DNA of 64,000 bases from Styela clava (lineage: Eukaryota), in contig NC_135261.1 in NCBI RefSeq assembly GCF_964204865.1, positions 12,896,001 to 12,960,000 of the forward strand. The letters are read 5' to 3'. Below the pieces are notes generated by a model. That model worked only from the letters and a program-made list of their open reading frames with translations, was not told where the DNA came from and ran no database searches. Position 1 is the stretch's first letter, and each line of letters opens with the position of its first letter. A program made the translations under genes and the position numbers. This document shows, in pieces, positions 24,998-39,180 of the stretch.

Positions 24998-27900
24998 ATG
25001 GTTGATGAGCAGGAGAAATCGCATCGTGCGGGAATATGGAAACAGCAGAACAAGCCTCATAAAACTGGGAGACATCGCAGCAAAGGCCAAATCGATTTGG
25101 AAAATAAAGGCAAGTAGTATACCATAGCCTAGTACAGTAGTAAGTTATTTATTTCACGACCATGTGCAAATTAACCTAAGATACTTTGAGGCAATATGAT
25201 TTGCAAGTAAAACCAATCTGGTTGGTTTTTGCAATAATGTAAGTGTGTGAAACAAAAATAATTGCAATATTTTCAGAATATTCTGATATTATTTGCATTA
25301 TGCTTTTATGTATGTCTCGTGTAGTTTCGTACCCTTTCCTGCTTTCGGGCGTAGCATTACAATTTTTTGATATGTCAATCCTAACCCCCATTTGATTACG
25401 TCATCCAAAAATTAAATTGCTACGACATCACAATCACGTCATAAAGCTTGCCAAATATACGCACGATCGACCGAAATGGCATTGGCGCTGGCGATAAAGA
25501 ACTGACTGACGTTATCGGTCTCTCTCCTATTGGAATCATTGCGACGAGAAAACGAGAGAAATAACTGTTCGATTTCGGGTGCTCGTTTGCGCGTCTTGGA
25601 TGGCAGTTCGTATAGTTTGAAGGGCTCTATTACGTCACTGTGATGTCGTAATGACGTAATTTCTGAATGATGTAGTCAGGTTGGGGTTAGGATTGATACA
25701 TGAAAAATTGCCATTCTACGCCCACTAGAAGTATGTTAGGTAAGAAACTACATGAGACTCTAAAATCCTTCTGAAATAGTCAACTGAACCTGAAATGTTC
25801 TGGATACCTCATTATAAACGCTTTTCTTCACTACTGTTTTTGGGTCTCATGTAGTTTCGTACCTAACGTACTTCTAGAGGGCGTAGCATAACAAATTATT
25901 CACGTATCAATCCTAACCCCCACCTGACTACGCCATCCAAAAATTGCGTCACAGTGATGTAATAGAGCCCTTCAAACTATACGAACTGTCACCCAAGACG
26001 CGCAGACGAGAACCCGTAATCGAACAGCTATTTCTCTCGTTTTCTCGTCACATCGATCTCGATAGGAGAAAGATCGCTGACGTTAGTCAGTTCTTTATCG
26101 TCGGCGCCGATGCCATTTTGGGCGATCACGCGTGTATTTGGCAAGCTCTATGGCGGGATTGTGACGTCGTAGTGACGTAATTTTTGGATGGCGCAGTCAG
26201 GTGGGGGCTAGGATTGACATGTCAAAAAATTGTTATGCTACGCCCACTAGGAGTACGTTAGGTACAAAACTACACGAGACCCCTGTTTTTTGAGGTACTC
26301 TGCTTTAAACAAAACTGTAGACAAGCTGTAGGGAGTCGCTGTTCAGTTTGTAAGATTTGGGATCTTTTGACTTCTGTATAATATTGTCCAATTAATTTGG
26401 TACATTTTGAATCAGAAGCTGAAATGTGATATTTTCAATCTAAAACAGGCACAGAGTTGGGTCCATTTTGCTATTTCTGATTTAAATTGGTTTCAGTTGT
26501 AAGCTTCATCTTGTTATTCAATTTCATAGTAATCCTTTGTGGGTCAGACCCCATTGGATGGTGTATACTTTTTGTATACCGCATGTTTTTGGAAACATAA
26601 TAAATAAGTTGGATCTGCTGTAGTTTAGTTCCACATTACTTCTAGGGGTCATGGCTCAACAATATTTGCATATGTCATTTCTATCCTCCACCTAACTAAA
26701 TCATCCAAGAAATATGTCACAGTGATGTGACAAGGCCCACACAAACACATGGACTGTCCCCCAGATTGTGCATACTCTTTCTTATTTTCTCGCTGCAACG
26801 ATCAGTAATTGTCAGTGCAGATATCATTTTGGGCGATAAAAGCCTTACTTTGGCAAGTTCTCTGACAGGATTGAGCTGTCGTATGACATAATTTTTGGAT
26901 GGCGTAGTCAGATAGGGGTTTGGAATAGCATATGCAAAAGTGGTTATGCCACGCCCACCAGAAGTACTTGTGATGCTAAACTCTAATAGATCCTATAATT
27001 TAAAACTTCTTTAACAGGTAGGGTATCTGTGAGGACACTTACTAAGAAAGCCTTGAAAGAGAGAAGAAAGGTTGACAGAAGACATCATGCTTTGCAAATT
27101 CGAGCAAAGAAAAGAGAAGAGGTGATTGGAATCTCTAGAGCTTGTTCTGTACATCTTTATCAACTGCCTTATTCTTGAAATATTAATTATAAAAGTAGTT
27201 TCAAAAGCATTTCATTCATATTTAGAAGGTCTAAGTCGAGTATTGACTCGTCCCAATTTGAGTTGAATATAATTTATGGGCGGGCATCGTTCGCTTTTCT
27301 GTTTTTGCATTGGAACACATTTAAGGAAATTTTTTTTATACATTGTGGTAAAACAAGGTCGAATTGAATTCCATCAGTTCATCAGGTTAAGGTATTGTTT
27401 CTGACATCTGCCAGAATTTGTCTAATGCTATTCATCCAAGACATTTGCAGATAGTTTCTAGTTTTGACTTGTGGCTTCGGTCAATTCTTGTAAGATGACA
27501 ACAGGCTGGGTGAGAGTGACACTCGAATTCTGTCTGACCCGAATTCCATGTATGTTAGGCACCAATTTCAATGTTATATCACTTTAATTCTAGGTTTTGA
27601 GAAAGAAGCGGAACATTGGCAGCAGGAATGCACCTCCACACCTTGTGGCTGTCATTCCACTACATCAAGATACAGATATTGGGGAGTTGTTGGAAAAGAT
27701 TCGAAACATTGATGAGGAACAAGCCACAGTTCGCGACTCCAAGTTAAAATCTGCTGGATTTACTATAAATGTATCAAGATTGAAGCACCGATTTACTGTA
27801 AGCAATAAGCATCAAGAATGTTTTCTTTTTTGAAAACAACTAGCATGTTCAGATATAATAGAAAACTTTACAAAGAATATACAGACATAGAATTCTTTCT

Positions 27901-30900
27901 GCGAAAATAGACATTTTCATCTTAATAATAATTAACAGCATCATCCATTGTTACTACCATCAGATTTAACTAACTTTATCAGCAACAGAAGCAATTTTTG
28001 ATAGGTCTGTGGGCTGTGGCCCACCTGAATATGTTCCTGTGGCCCAGCTGTGAGCCATGGCCCACTGGTTGAGAACCAGTGTACTAAATGATCTATTTTA
28101 CAAAAAAATGTTTATACTTATTTTCAGGCGCTCCCGAAGTTATTTGCATCAAGATGGCGCACAGCCTGAACCCTAAACTGGAACACATACTATATTCAGG
28201 TTGTGCGCCATTTTGGTGCACATACTATCGGAGGTCCTATTTTCATACCTAAATCAAGTTTACTGTATACAATTTGATATAAGTCATCATTTTGGCGCAA
28301 ACTTGGCAAATTTCACAAATAGCAGTAATCTTGTTCATTTAATAAATAATTAAATGCTACTCTAAAATATTTATGTATTTTTGGAATATCAAATTTGATG
28401 TTCGGTTTAATGAAAAGTCCCAATGGAATCGTTGCTCACAGTCAGGGATGGCCAATACCGAATAGTTCACTATTTCGAATACATTCGAAATTATTTTTTT
28501 CGAATATGAAATTTCGAATACTTCGAAAAAAAAATTCACTAATTGAAGCTTATCTAAATGTATGTAGGAATTTCCATACAATAAGCAATGGAATAACTGC
28601 TATCTACAAGTTACAACCTAGTTATATTACCAGGCATTTCATATTTGCAGATTATTGCAGTATATATTTTATATACCTTGAGTCATGTTAACAGAATTAA
28701 ATTAATACGGCAATAGTGGTATCGGTGATGGATTTGAATATTTGCGCAACACAAAATCATCCTAGTAAAACGCCCATACTTTTAAATATCAACCATTATC
28801 CAAATTATTTGCCAAAAAGCGGGATAAAGTATGAGTTATTTTTCCGACTTTTCTAAGTCCACAGATCGCCGTTGTATTTTGTAAATACAAAAATAGGAAT
28901 CAAAAATTAATATTAATCGCGAGTTTGCCACACAATTTATGTCCACAGATTGCCGTGATATTGTGCCGAATATAATTAGTTTTTGATTCTTATTTTCGCA
29001 CTCACGAAAAAATTGTCACAAGTCGGAGAAAGAATTTATACTTTATCCCGCTTTTTGGGAACTAATTTGGATAATGGTTGCCATTGATTTGTATTTAAAA
29101 GTATGGACTTTTTACTAGGATGATTTTGTGCTGCGTAAAATATTCGAATCCATGACTGATACCACTATTTAAAATGCCTTACCGTGTTAATTTAGTTCTA
29201 TAATCATAACTCAAATGTTGGTAAATCGGGCAGTTTACCACACATTTTAAGGCCACAGATCGCCGTTGCATTTTAGAATTATAATAGTTTTATTATTTTG
29301 TAAATACGAATCCAAAATTAAATATAATTGGGCAGTTTACCACGTATTTCATGTCCACAAATACCCGTGGTATTTGGTATTAATACTTTCATTATTTTCT
29401 CAATATGAAAATAGGAATCAATATTTAATAATATCGGTCAATTTACCACACATTTTATGTCCACAGATTGTCCATACAACAATGAGTTACGTTGAACGGA
29501 ATTAAATTAATACGACATGACATTTTAAATGCTGGTACCAGTCAAGGATTGGATTATTTTGCGCAACAAAAAATCATCCTGGTAAAGGATCGATACTTTT
29601 AACTATCGTTATCAAAATTGTTTGCCAGAAATTATTTTCTAATAAATCAACTTGTTTTTCCAACTTGTGCCAATTTATTGGATATCGTAACAATGACGGC
29701 TATAAATACCGTATTTCCCGGCTAATAAGTCCACATGGCAAATAGGACGATGTCTATTTTCAGCACTCAAAAAAGTTTTTTTTCCATATAGGCCTCCAAT
29801 AAGACTGGTAGAAAAATGTGTCCCTGTGATATGCGCTAATAATTTTATATGTTTAGAACCAGATCATGTTAGTTTGGTAGAATCATACTCACAGAATTAA
29901 CTATTTTTAACAATTGAGCGGTAAATTTAAGTTGTAAAGCGGCAATCATTTTGGACAATCTATTAACCCGAATGTTAAAATAATTTTGGAATGTGATAAG
30001 TACTACACTGTACGTCCACGGGTTATTTCACAGCTGTGTTTTCCTGTCCCTATCGTGTTGAATCGGCAAAACGAAAGGGTCACAAATCACTTTCACTCGG
30101 TGGCCATGTTTCTCTTTAAAGTAACGATAACCGGCCTGCGATTAAATATCATGATTGGCAGACCCTAAGACCCAAATATGAGGTTACACAAATCATGCTT
30201 GAAAAGACTAATAAGCAGGCCACATAGAAATAAAATAAGCATACTTTCTCAATTAGACGCCCCCAAAAAAAAAATCAGGCCAAAAAATTGGGCCTAGTAA
30301 AGCGGTAATTGTCAATTTTTCGACGTGATGGAAATGAATTTGTAAATTAAAAGCCTCGTAGACGAATGTCGGCAATGTCCACCCACGCAAACGTGCAAAT
30401 GTGTCGCAACACTATGCGACGTACGATCGTACAGAATATAAACAATCAAAGTGCCGATTCTATTTCATCGTCATTACAATACGTGAGACAGCGTAAAAAG
30501 TCGTTTGAAGATTCCCGTAAAACGAAACACCACGTTTACGGCGAAAAGTGGCTACTATTCGGAATTATTCGAAAATCAGCCGAAAAGGTATTCGAATACC
30601 ATGATATTCGAATATATTCGAATATTCGATTCGTTTTGGACAACCCTGCTCACAGTATTAATGTTTTTTTAAACGTACATTGTTATTGCGCATATTTATA
30701 TACCTTGATGAGAAGTAATCGGAGAAGTTCAAATGAGCGCAGCAAATGCTAGTAGGTTGATGAAGCCATATGCTATACATATACAATAAATTGTATAAGA
30801 AAAGCAGGACTAAATCCTGTCATTTTTAAAACTAATATAACATAACAGTGACGGCTTGTGTATATAGCCTTGTTTAATCTCAGATGTGAAAACATGTATT

Positions 30901-33900
30901 AACAATTTTTTTTCTTCATTTCCACAGTTTATTTCTCCAACATCTCCATCCTTGCCAGATATACTTGATTGTGGACTCGTTGCTGACACCATATTGTTTC
31001 TGTTGTCTGTAGAATCTGAAGATCCAATAGATTCCCAAGGACATGTTATATTATCAACCCTATTTGCTCAGGGCTTGTCAGCTTCAGGTAGTTAATCAGT
31101 CCATTATATTTTGTTTTTGTGTGGTTTCGTTTTCTTCAGGTATTATGATATGGTTATCTTTTGGTACATTCACTGAGCAAGTCTTTGAACAAGCTTTTAC
31201 TCAAGTATTTTAACTAGACATTACAGATTAGCAATTCGGCATTACCCAATTAGTTGATATCGATGCCATTTGCTAGAAAATCTTTTGTCTGAGGAAAATG
31301 TTTGGTTTATGTATTCTAATTATTTGTTAGAAGCTATAATATATGCTTGAACTCAAGAGTCATGATATCTCTTGGTTAACCATGTATATAATTTTAATTT
31401 TTAATAATTGAAAATATCACAAAATCAAATTCACAGATAGCAAAATCTAGAGTCTTACACAAATTTCTGATTTTTTTTGCAGTTTTGACAACGATGGGTC
31501 TCGATAAAGTTCCCATAAAAAAGAGATCAGAAACAAAGAAAATGATTCACAAATCTATTTCGAAGAATTTTCCGGATTCTAAGCTTCATAATGTTGATAC
31601 AGAACAAGATGTCTTATTAATGCTAAGAACGGTGGGTAGGAATTTATGTATTTACTTATATTTTCCTGGAGAATGGATGAAGATAGATGATCTCCATTAC
31701 ATGTCTGACCATCAGATGTTTAATGTTTAAAATGACGAATTTTTGACAAATTTGTTGTCTGAAAATTTTAGGCATAAATTATGTTAGTCATGGGTCCAAC
31801 ACAGATTTTGCTGTTTTAGTCGGGGGAAAATCTTTGATATTACTGTATATTGGAATTTCTATTGTTTGTTTAAAACATTCTTGTTTTGTTGAATCACTAA
31901 AAATAACATTTTTATAACATTAGATCACAGGACAGAAAATATTATTAGCTGCACTTATAGAACGAGTAGTAAATATGAATTGCTTTGCAAAATTTCAAAA
32001 GAAGTTCGAATTATTCGAAATTGTGAAGACTGAATACTGAACTTTTTTTGATTTTTATGTTTTACAAATCTATTTTTCAGGTTGCGGAACAAAAACGAAA
32101 GAGTGTTAATCTTCGACAGCAACGACCATATCTATTAGCGGACAATTTTACTTTTGAATGTAAAGATGGTGAAGATAAAGGAATGCTAGCTGTAAGTTGA
32201 AATGAATTTTCTCTGCGTATCCAATCTTAGTTCATGGACTTCAACCAGAGATCTCCGAGTTGTAATGCCAAAATATGTAGGCAAGATATGTAGGCAAAAG
32301 CTAGATAAAATATATTTATTAGTATAAATGTATAAATATGGTTTGATCACTGTACTACTATCACCCAATTTTTAATTACCAATTTACCATTAGTGGTAAC
32401 AGACTGTATTTTTTAAACTTTTGTTCCACATGCCCATATATATATATATGTACATTAGAACGACCTAGCAGTTGCAAAATAATATTCTATTGTCATGTTT
32501 TTATTAATATTGGATCTCAAATTTTCGTGGAATTTTGAAGCCAAAATTGTTTTTCAAATGGCCCAGCCTTTGGACAGTAAGCACTGGAATTTCAACAATT
32601 TTCAAAATTTCAATAAGCCAGCTCTCTAAACACAATATGGAAATTCTTCCTATTAAAAAGCATTGTTCGATTTTTATCTGAATATTGCTTTTTCCGTTCT
32701 ACACAGGTTACTGGATTTCTTCGAGGAGCAAACCTAGATGTAAATAGACTTGTACATGTAGTAGGTTGGGGAGATTTTCAAATAAACAGAATTAATGCCG
32801 CTACCGATCCATCTCCAACTTCTTTACAGAGGAAGCAGAGAAAAACGATTCCCGGTGGTGATGCTACGGTTAGTTGCTCTTCAATTTTAATTTCTTCGAT
32901 TCAGATTAAGATGATCACTTGCATGCTGTTCAAATACAAACACCTAGGAAAAAATTTGGCTTATCTCAGCCTATGTATATTTTATTTTTTACCCAGATTA
33001 ATACAAATATTGGGAATTTATTTTTTGAACATGTTTTTCAGTTAGGAGTTAAGTTAAAGCTACATTCTTTGGAGATGTCTTGTCTTTTTTCGCTTCCTTT
33101 CCCCCCATTTTATGTATACTAGATAATAAGTTTCATAGGCTCTTGTAGCTGACCCTAATCTTCCTATGCTTCCTATGTTATACCAAGGTCAATATATCAC
33201 TATGTAACTGATACATACAAATGGTTTGATTCAATAGGTTTACATATTTATCTCAAGATAATAAAGCCAACAAAAATGCCATATTAATGGCTTTGATTAG
33301 ATTCATGTAAGCTGAAACATGTTTTGAGTTTGTGTTTAAGCCTATGGTGAATAAAAATTTAGTTTCATCCGAACAAAAAAAATAAATTTGTTTCAACTTT
33401 TATAGATGGATAATGGTTTAGATACTGATATCAATGCAAATATTGATATGTCGAGCCAGGAGACATTGGCAAAATTTGACCCTGATGAGAGAGAAACCCT
33501 CGTAAAAGAAGCAGTAATTGATCCACTGGATGCAGAACAAACATGGCCAACAGAAGATGAAATGAAAGAAGCAGAAGAAGGTCAGTTGTTGAGAGTGCTC
33601 ATTCTTAATAAAACTAGAGAAGTTCTAGATCGTATATTTTTCGTCGTCGTATGAACGTCAATGGACAATTCTCCACCTGCACAAGTTTTATGTACCTTGA
33701 AATATAGTATTTTGCTCTCCTTTTCTACTATAGTAGAAAAGTAGCATGAGCAGCACCTCATACAACCGTTTTCCCTGTTCACCATAGTGTGATAAATTTA
33801 TTACATTTTGCATGAATTTGTTTGTTCGAACTTAAAACTACCGGTAGCTTATAAGCGATCAGGGATAGCTTCAATTTTTATCGCATTCTTGATTACTCTG

Positions 33901-36900
33901 CTGTTTCTTTAGAATATTTAATGTTCTGAATTATTTATTTCATCAGGAAGTGAAAATGAATACCAAATTTCGAATAAAATTTTTGTTGATTATTTATTCA
34001 CTTACCGGTAGGCCATAATTGGACAGTCTGTGTTATCCAAGTGAATATACCCCCTGCCCATAGGTTTCAGTCCCTTTTTAAAACTTGATGTAAAGTAGGC
34101 GAACAAAATTAGTTACCTCCATATTGTACACATACTTCTAGAGCGCCTATCCAGGCATGTGGCATAAGACGCAGCAGAAATATAAATTCCGCATCACTAT
34201 ACTCTTATCTGAAATGCTTTTGAACATTATCTGTTATTCAGCTATAAAAGAGAAAAAGAAATTGGTGAAAAACGTTCCAAAAGGAACATCAGAATATCAA
34301 GCTGCTTGGATTCTTGACAGTGACGAAGAATGGGAAGAAAAAAACAATGATGATGAAGATGACCTGGATTCTGATGATGAAATAATGGAGGAAGATGATG
34401 AATTGAAACCAACTGCGGAAGAAGATTCTCAGGTTAGAAATGTTTTGTTGGAACATCAGTTTTGTCAGAAAAACTTCTGTATTTTGTCTGTGACATATAT
34501 TAATCAGCGAATCTTACCACATGCACTTAGTACCTAAATAATTTGTTCCTTTCTCTTGAATTTTCTCTTCAATAAATTGAGATTTTGAATATTTTTAATG
34601 GATATGTTTTGCATCGACATATATTAAACTGTAAATTTTACAGACGGTAAATTCAACTATTTTGTCTGGTAACCATCTCTAGAGTTCATATGTTTCATTC
34701 ATGTAGCTTTCTGGTCATGGTCACCTGCAACATCTATTGCTCAGCTATCTGAGAACAACTTAGCGGTTACAGGATTAACATGTGGCCTGATCATATGGCG
34801 AACCACGACCTTTCGTTCGTTTGCCAGTCTACGTTGAGTATGGGATTAGTTAGCCAGTGGTTTTTTGTATTCAAATGCATAGTCTTGATGGTGTAGGAAG
34901 CCGTAACCGACCAGTGGGTTACGTGAACCACCCTACGCCATCTAGGATTCCAGTAGTCCTCTTGCACATAATTATCCCCCACAGGATATGAACCTGCGAA
35001 CCCATGCATAGTAATCAGAGGTGCAGTGACAAGCGTATTCCCAACACTCAGCAGTCAGCATGATGTCCCACATCGCCAAGCCGAGTTGCCAGAAGTACAA
35101 TTAACAAATTGGTCTTCGGTAGTGTCCTCCCGTCATTGAATACTCCATTCAGTAGTTGTCATATGCTGGGCAGCCCTATGAATGTTCCTATTTGATTACA
35201 ATATTTTTTAACATTTCGAAATTTCCTTTTTTTTGGTTTAGGTTGATCCAGATGAATTTGAGCAAATTCGTGTCTCTGAATCGACTCAAGATTATCAATT
35301 TGAAACAATGAGTCAGTACGATGAAGGAATGGATATTGAAGAGGAGGAACGAGCTCTCGAAAGATACAGAGAAGAAAGATCTCATAAATTGTTTCCAGAT
35401 GAAATTGATACCCCCCATGACTTGCCAGCTAGAGTCAGGTACAGTTTATTACAAATCCTTCAAACTGCCCCGTCCCAAAACATATCCTGAATTTAATAAT
35501 TTCTCATTTATTAGTATTGTCAAGTTTTCTTTTTGAAAATTTGTCTAACCAATTTTTTTTTCCTTTTAAATTCGCTGTTTTGAAACAAGTTTAATAGGCC
35601 AATCTGTACTACTCAGATATGTCTATCATGACATCGGTTGATATAATTTTACGGTATATTTTTCATTTTATTTTTCAGGTTTCAAAAATACAGAGGTTTA
35701 CGTAGTTTCAGAACATCACCGTGGGACACAAAAGAAAATCTTCCATTAGATTATGCAAGAATTTTCCAATTTCAAAACTTCAACAGAACTAGGAAACGAC
35801 TGAGAATGCTTGAAGTTGACGAAGCTGTTAAGGTTTGTAAAATCATAAGCATTATTAAATTTTTTTTCATAAAAGTTTGTCTGAAAATGTATACACCTGT
35901 ATTCCTGTAACGTTTCAAATGACCAGAATGAAACTTCCCCAGACAAACATGATTTCAGTTGCCATGGTTCAGTTTTGTCTGTCTGTGAAATTTCAACTTT
36001 GTCAGTCATAACATCTCAGAAATATGTGTAAGCTAGGATCATTCAGAACAGAGATTTTTAAAAGGGCAATATTTGCCCCCTGGGGCATTGCATCTTGGAA
36101 AGTCGGTATTATCGTGGAATTTGTTTTGTTTATGGCCTGTCCAAAATGTCCTCAAATATCAATAAAACTTGTTGAAGATCACTAAGCTAATCAATGTCAT
36201 AAGAAATACACCATGTACTGATTAATATTCAATTTTTCTTGCAACTTCCTACCATTTTTCTACCTTTCTTTGTATTGCTGGGGATGATGATGTATACTGT
36301 ATTTTTAAAGTTGGGACCCACTATTTATTATCACAGCTTGTGGCCAAGCTGCGACCCACAACAAAATATCTTTGTTGGTTCTATTTTCTTTTGTTTTATT
36401 ATGACATAACACAGAACACAGCAATGGCTAATCATCGTAAAACTACCGTTTTTTGTCGAAAATAAGACCTGGCCTAAAAGAAGACCTAATTTGAATTTCA
36501 AAAATGATTTTAATTAAACCCTACCCTTAAAATAAGTTTAAAATGTGCGGGAGAGGAAAGGTTCAATGACCTGAGGTAAGGTGATGTTCACATCACTATT
36601 CAAAATTGTGTGATGTCACAATCACAATTATGATATTGTCACTTGATTTTTGTATAGGAAATACAAATAAATACAGTGGGTGTCGGTTTTTATATAATGT
36701 TTATTAAAATCTCCTGATTTTCTGCAATTTTATTTTTGATAAATGAGCACAAAAGACCTCTCCCAAAAAAAAAAACAGTGTTATTCTTCAAAAGAAAATA
36801 AAACTAAATCCTGTTTAAATTTCGGGGAAACACAGTAAGAAGTGCTGTACAGTGTACAAAACTGCTATGCGTAAAAATGCCACATGGTCATTCTTTGTGT

Positions 36901-39180
36901 AGCAAATTTTTGTTCCTTTGAGAAGATCGTAATAAAGAAAACTTTCACAGATTAGAATTTAAATTCAATTTAATTTCTTTTGTTTTTTTGAGATTCACGT
37001 ATTCGAATCGACACCGATCCTAATAACCAGTACAATAAATCGCGACCCATAGTTTGGGAACCGCTGGTATAGGGTGTTTTAATGGGGCGAATGATATATG
37101 AATGTTTGAGTACGAGGTGATTTCGAATACCACACACAACCCCCTTGCATAAAACCATAGAAAAAATAAGAGTAGTTTTATTCACGCAGAAGCCCAATTG
37201 TTATCACAAAAATATTTACTTCAGTTTATCATCATTTTTACAGCAAGGAATGTATGTGACTCTATATCTTGAAGATGTTCCGAAGGTTTTTGTTGAATCT
37301 CATTCATCTCAAATCATTATTTATGGAATGTTTCCTCATGAGCAAAAAGTAGGATTTGTGTTGATTTATATCATTGAATATTAAGACTACTTGACTCAGT
37401 ACTTTTGTATATCTATTCAAGAACACTTCGTTCATTCTATGGATTTAGTTAGTTTGTACAAGTAAATTTTAAAAAAATTTGCGAAAAACAAATTCTATGA
37501 AATCGAAGACAAAGACATGGTCACATTATATGACAATGCTTTTGTCTTAATTGGTCCTTGCATTTTTGAATTCCTGGTGTTTAAACCCAAAATTTCGAAA
37601 TAAACTGGATCTATATTTAGTTTTTAACATTTTCAGATGTCTGTCGTTCACATGGCACTAAAGAGAGGTCAAGGTCGATATGAAGACATACCAGTGAAAA
37701 ACAAGGACGAGATGCTATTTTATGTCGGTTTTCGCAGATTTAGAGCAAAACCACTATTCTCACAACATACAAATGGTACGAAATTCATTTGTTATAAACT
37801 TATTTGACCCCCGTTGATGTGTTTATTATTCTATTCACTGTGTATAAAATATTTATGATAATTGATCCACTCATTATTATAAATTACATTCATTGTATAT
37901 AATAAATACTTGTTTCTTAAATTTAGGTGACAAGCATAAGATGGAGAGATATTTACAGAAAGAAAGTGTTTCTGTTGCTTCCGTTTACTCACAAATCTTA
38001 TTTCCTCCTGCAAACGTAATGATGTTTAAAGAAACATCAACAGGTTAAAAAGTTTTATTAAGAAGAGTTTTACATGGAATTATGTAGAAAAATGCTTGAA
38101 TATTTGTGTTTCGTTGCATGTCTAAGATGGTTTTAATGGCACGTATTGCTACATTACTTTTTATAGAGCAATCTGTACCTCTAAAATACCTTTGTGGGTC
38201 AGCGACTGCGAATTTGCGTCTTTTGACGATGCCCCGCCCTACTTTGTTATAATTAAAAAACATTTTTCAAGTAGCAAGACTTTTCGAGCTTTGTACGCCA
38301 CTAGTGTTGATAATCATTAATGTTCAAAGTTATGGAACGCCATGAGGCATTCATGCTATAGAATAATAAGCATTGTCTGTAGAAGCAATCGCTAAGAACG
38401 TTTTCTATCAATAAGCAGGATTTGTATGTTCAGGTATTTTACCCATCGCCTCTGGAAATGTATTCAAAGTTGATCCTGATAGAGTTGTCACAAAGAGAAT
38501 AGTCCTCAGTGGACATCCCTTCCGCATTCACAAACATCTTGCAACAATTAGGTATATGTTTTTCAATCCAGGTAAGAATATTTCTTAAGCTTTTGCTGAT
38601 TTTATTTGTCACCTACCTAAACAGATGCAGTCACTGTTATTTTACTTTTTACAGATGATATTCTCTGGTTTAAACCTGTAGAACTCCGTACTAAATGGGG
38701 AAGACGTGGGCACATTAAAGAGGCATTGGGTAAGTACTGCGGAATGTGAAAAATTACACCAGGCTGTGAGAAAATAACTGACCACAAAACATTGCGCATG
38801 AAATTGTCTGTCACGACCGTGATCACCACCATTGTAATTCTGAAACTATGAATTCAAAATTTCTACTTCGGATCAGACGTTGAGAATTACTAAAACATGC
38901 CATACTCGAGACTCTCTTTCTTGCTATAATTTATTTAAGTTATGTGCTTGAGTAATAAAAAAATATATTCCTTTCAGGCACGCATGGACACATGAAATGT
39001 ACTTTTGATTCGCAACTTACATCGCAAGATACAGTTTTAATGAACCTGTACAAGCGAGTTTATCCTAAATGGTCGTATGACCTGATAACGCCTGTAAATC
39101 GTACAAAGGTCGACTTCCATGATTCGGATCACGCTTTAACCTCTAAAGAGATTGAATTTGATGACGAATTTTTTGATTGA
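24998..39180 (+). CDS. TSR1: Pre-rRNA processing protein TSR1, 17 exons, 831 aa. Exons: 24998-25109, 27018-27121, 27594-27797, 30928-31087, 31483-31631, 32081-32191, 32707-32868, 33406-33580, 34242-34432, 35242-35438, 35679-35832, 37244-37348, 37637-37775, 37927-38043, 38434-38571, 38655-38729, 38978-39180
   Basis: In-frame junctions (2496 nt); motifs [67 protein letters not shown]...LYKRVYPKW; AATAAA at ~39185. Confidence 0.96.
25314..25760 (-). mobile_element. ~440-bp long-TIR MITE, copy 1 (inverted relative to copy 2)
   Basis: Internal sequence is the reverse complement of 25842-26282. Confidence 0.8.
25842..26282 (+). mobile_element. ~440-bp long-TIR MITE, copy 2
   Basis: ~110-bp TIRs gggtctcatgtagttt.../...aaactacacgagaccc; 8-bp TSD ctgttttt at 25834-25841 and 26283-26290. 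Confidence 0.88.
26611..26992 (+). mobile_element. Same MITE family, degraded copy 3
   Basis: Colinear with copy 2 (gtcacagtgatgt, ttttgggcgat, ttggcaag, taatttttggatggcgtagtcag, cgcccac). Confidence 0.7.
28443..30648. mobile_element. 2.2-kb non-autonomous hAT-type element carrying nested repeats
   Basis: TIRs cagggatggccaa / ttggacaaccctg, subterminal attcgaat repeats at both ends, perfect 8-bp TSD ctcacagt (28435-28442, 30649-30656). Confidence 0.85.
28680..29670. repeat. ~200-bp unit in three copies (+,-,+) with short ccacagat(c/t)gcc repeats
   Basis: 28680-28850 is the reverse complement of ~29020-29212; a third direct copy lies at ~29482-29670. Confidence 0.7.
34785..35070 (-). mobile_element. 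SINE family A copy
   Basis: Similarity to 820-1125; minus-strand B-box GGTTCATATCC. Confidence 0.65.
36443..36837. mobile_element. Probable Tc1/mariner(pogo)-type MITE (similar element ~29707-30306)
   Basis: taccgttttttgtcgaaaataagacc ... tttcggggaaacacagta degenerate TIRs with TA ends. Confidence 0.4.

Noticed and set aside
30366-30752. 128-aa ORF as a transposase remnant
   Set aside because: No DDE/hAT motifs; it runs across the element end into flanking intron
38800-38845. SNORD91-like snoRNA in a TSR1 intron (vertebrate TSR1 hosts SNORD91)
   Set aside because: No canonical C box and only imperfect 28S complementarity by eye; would need an Infernal search
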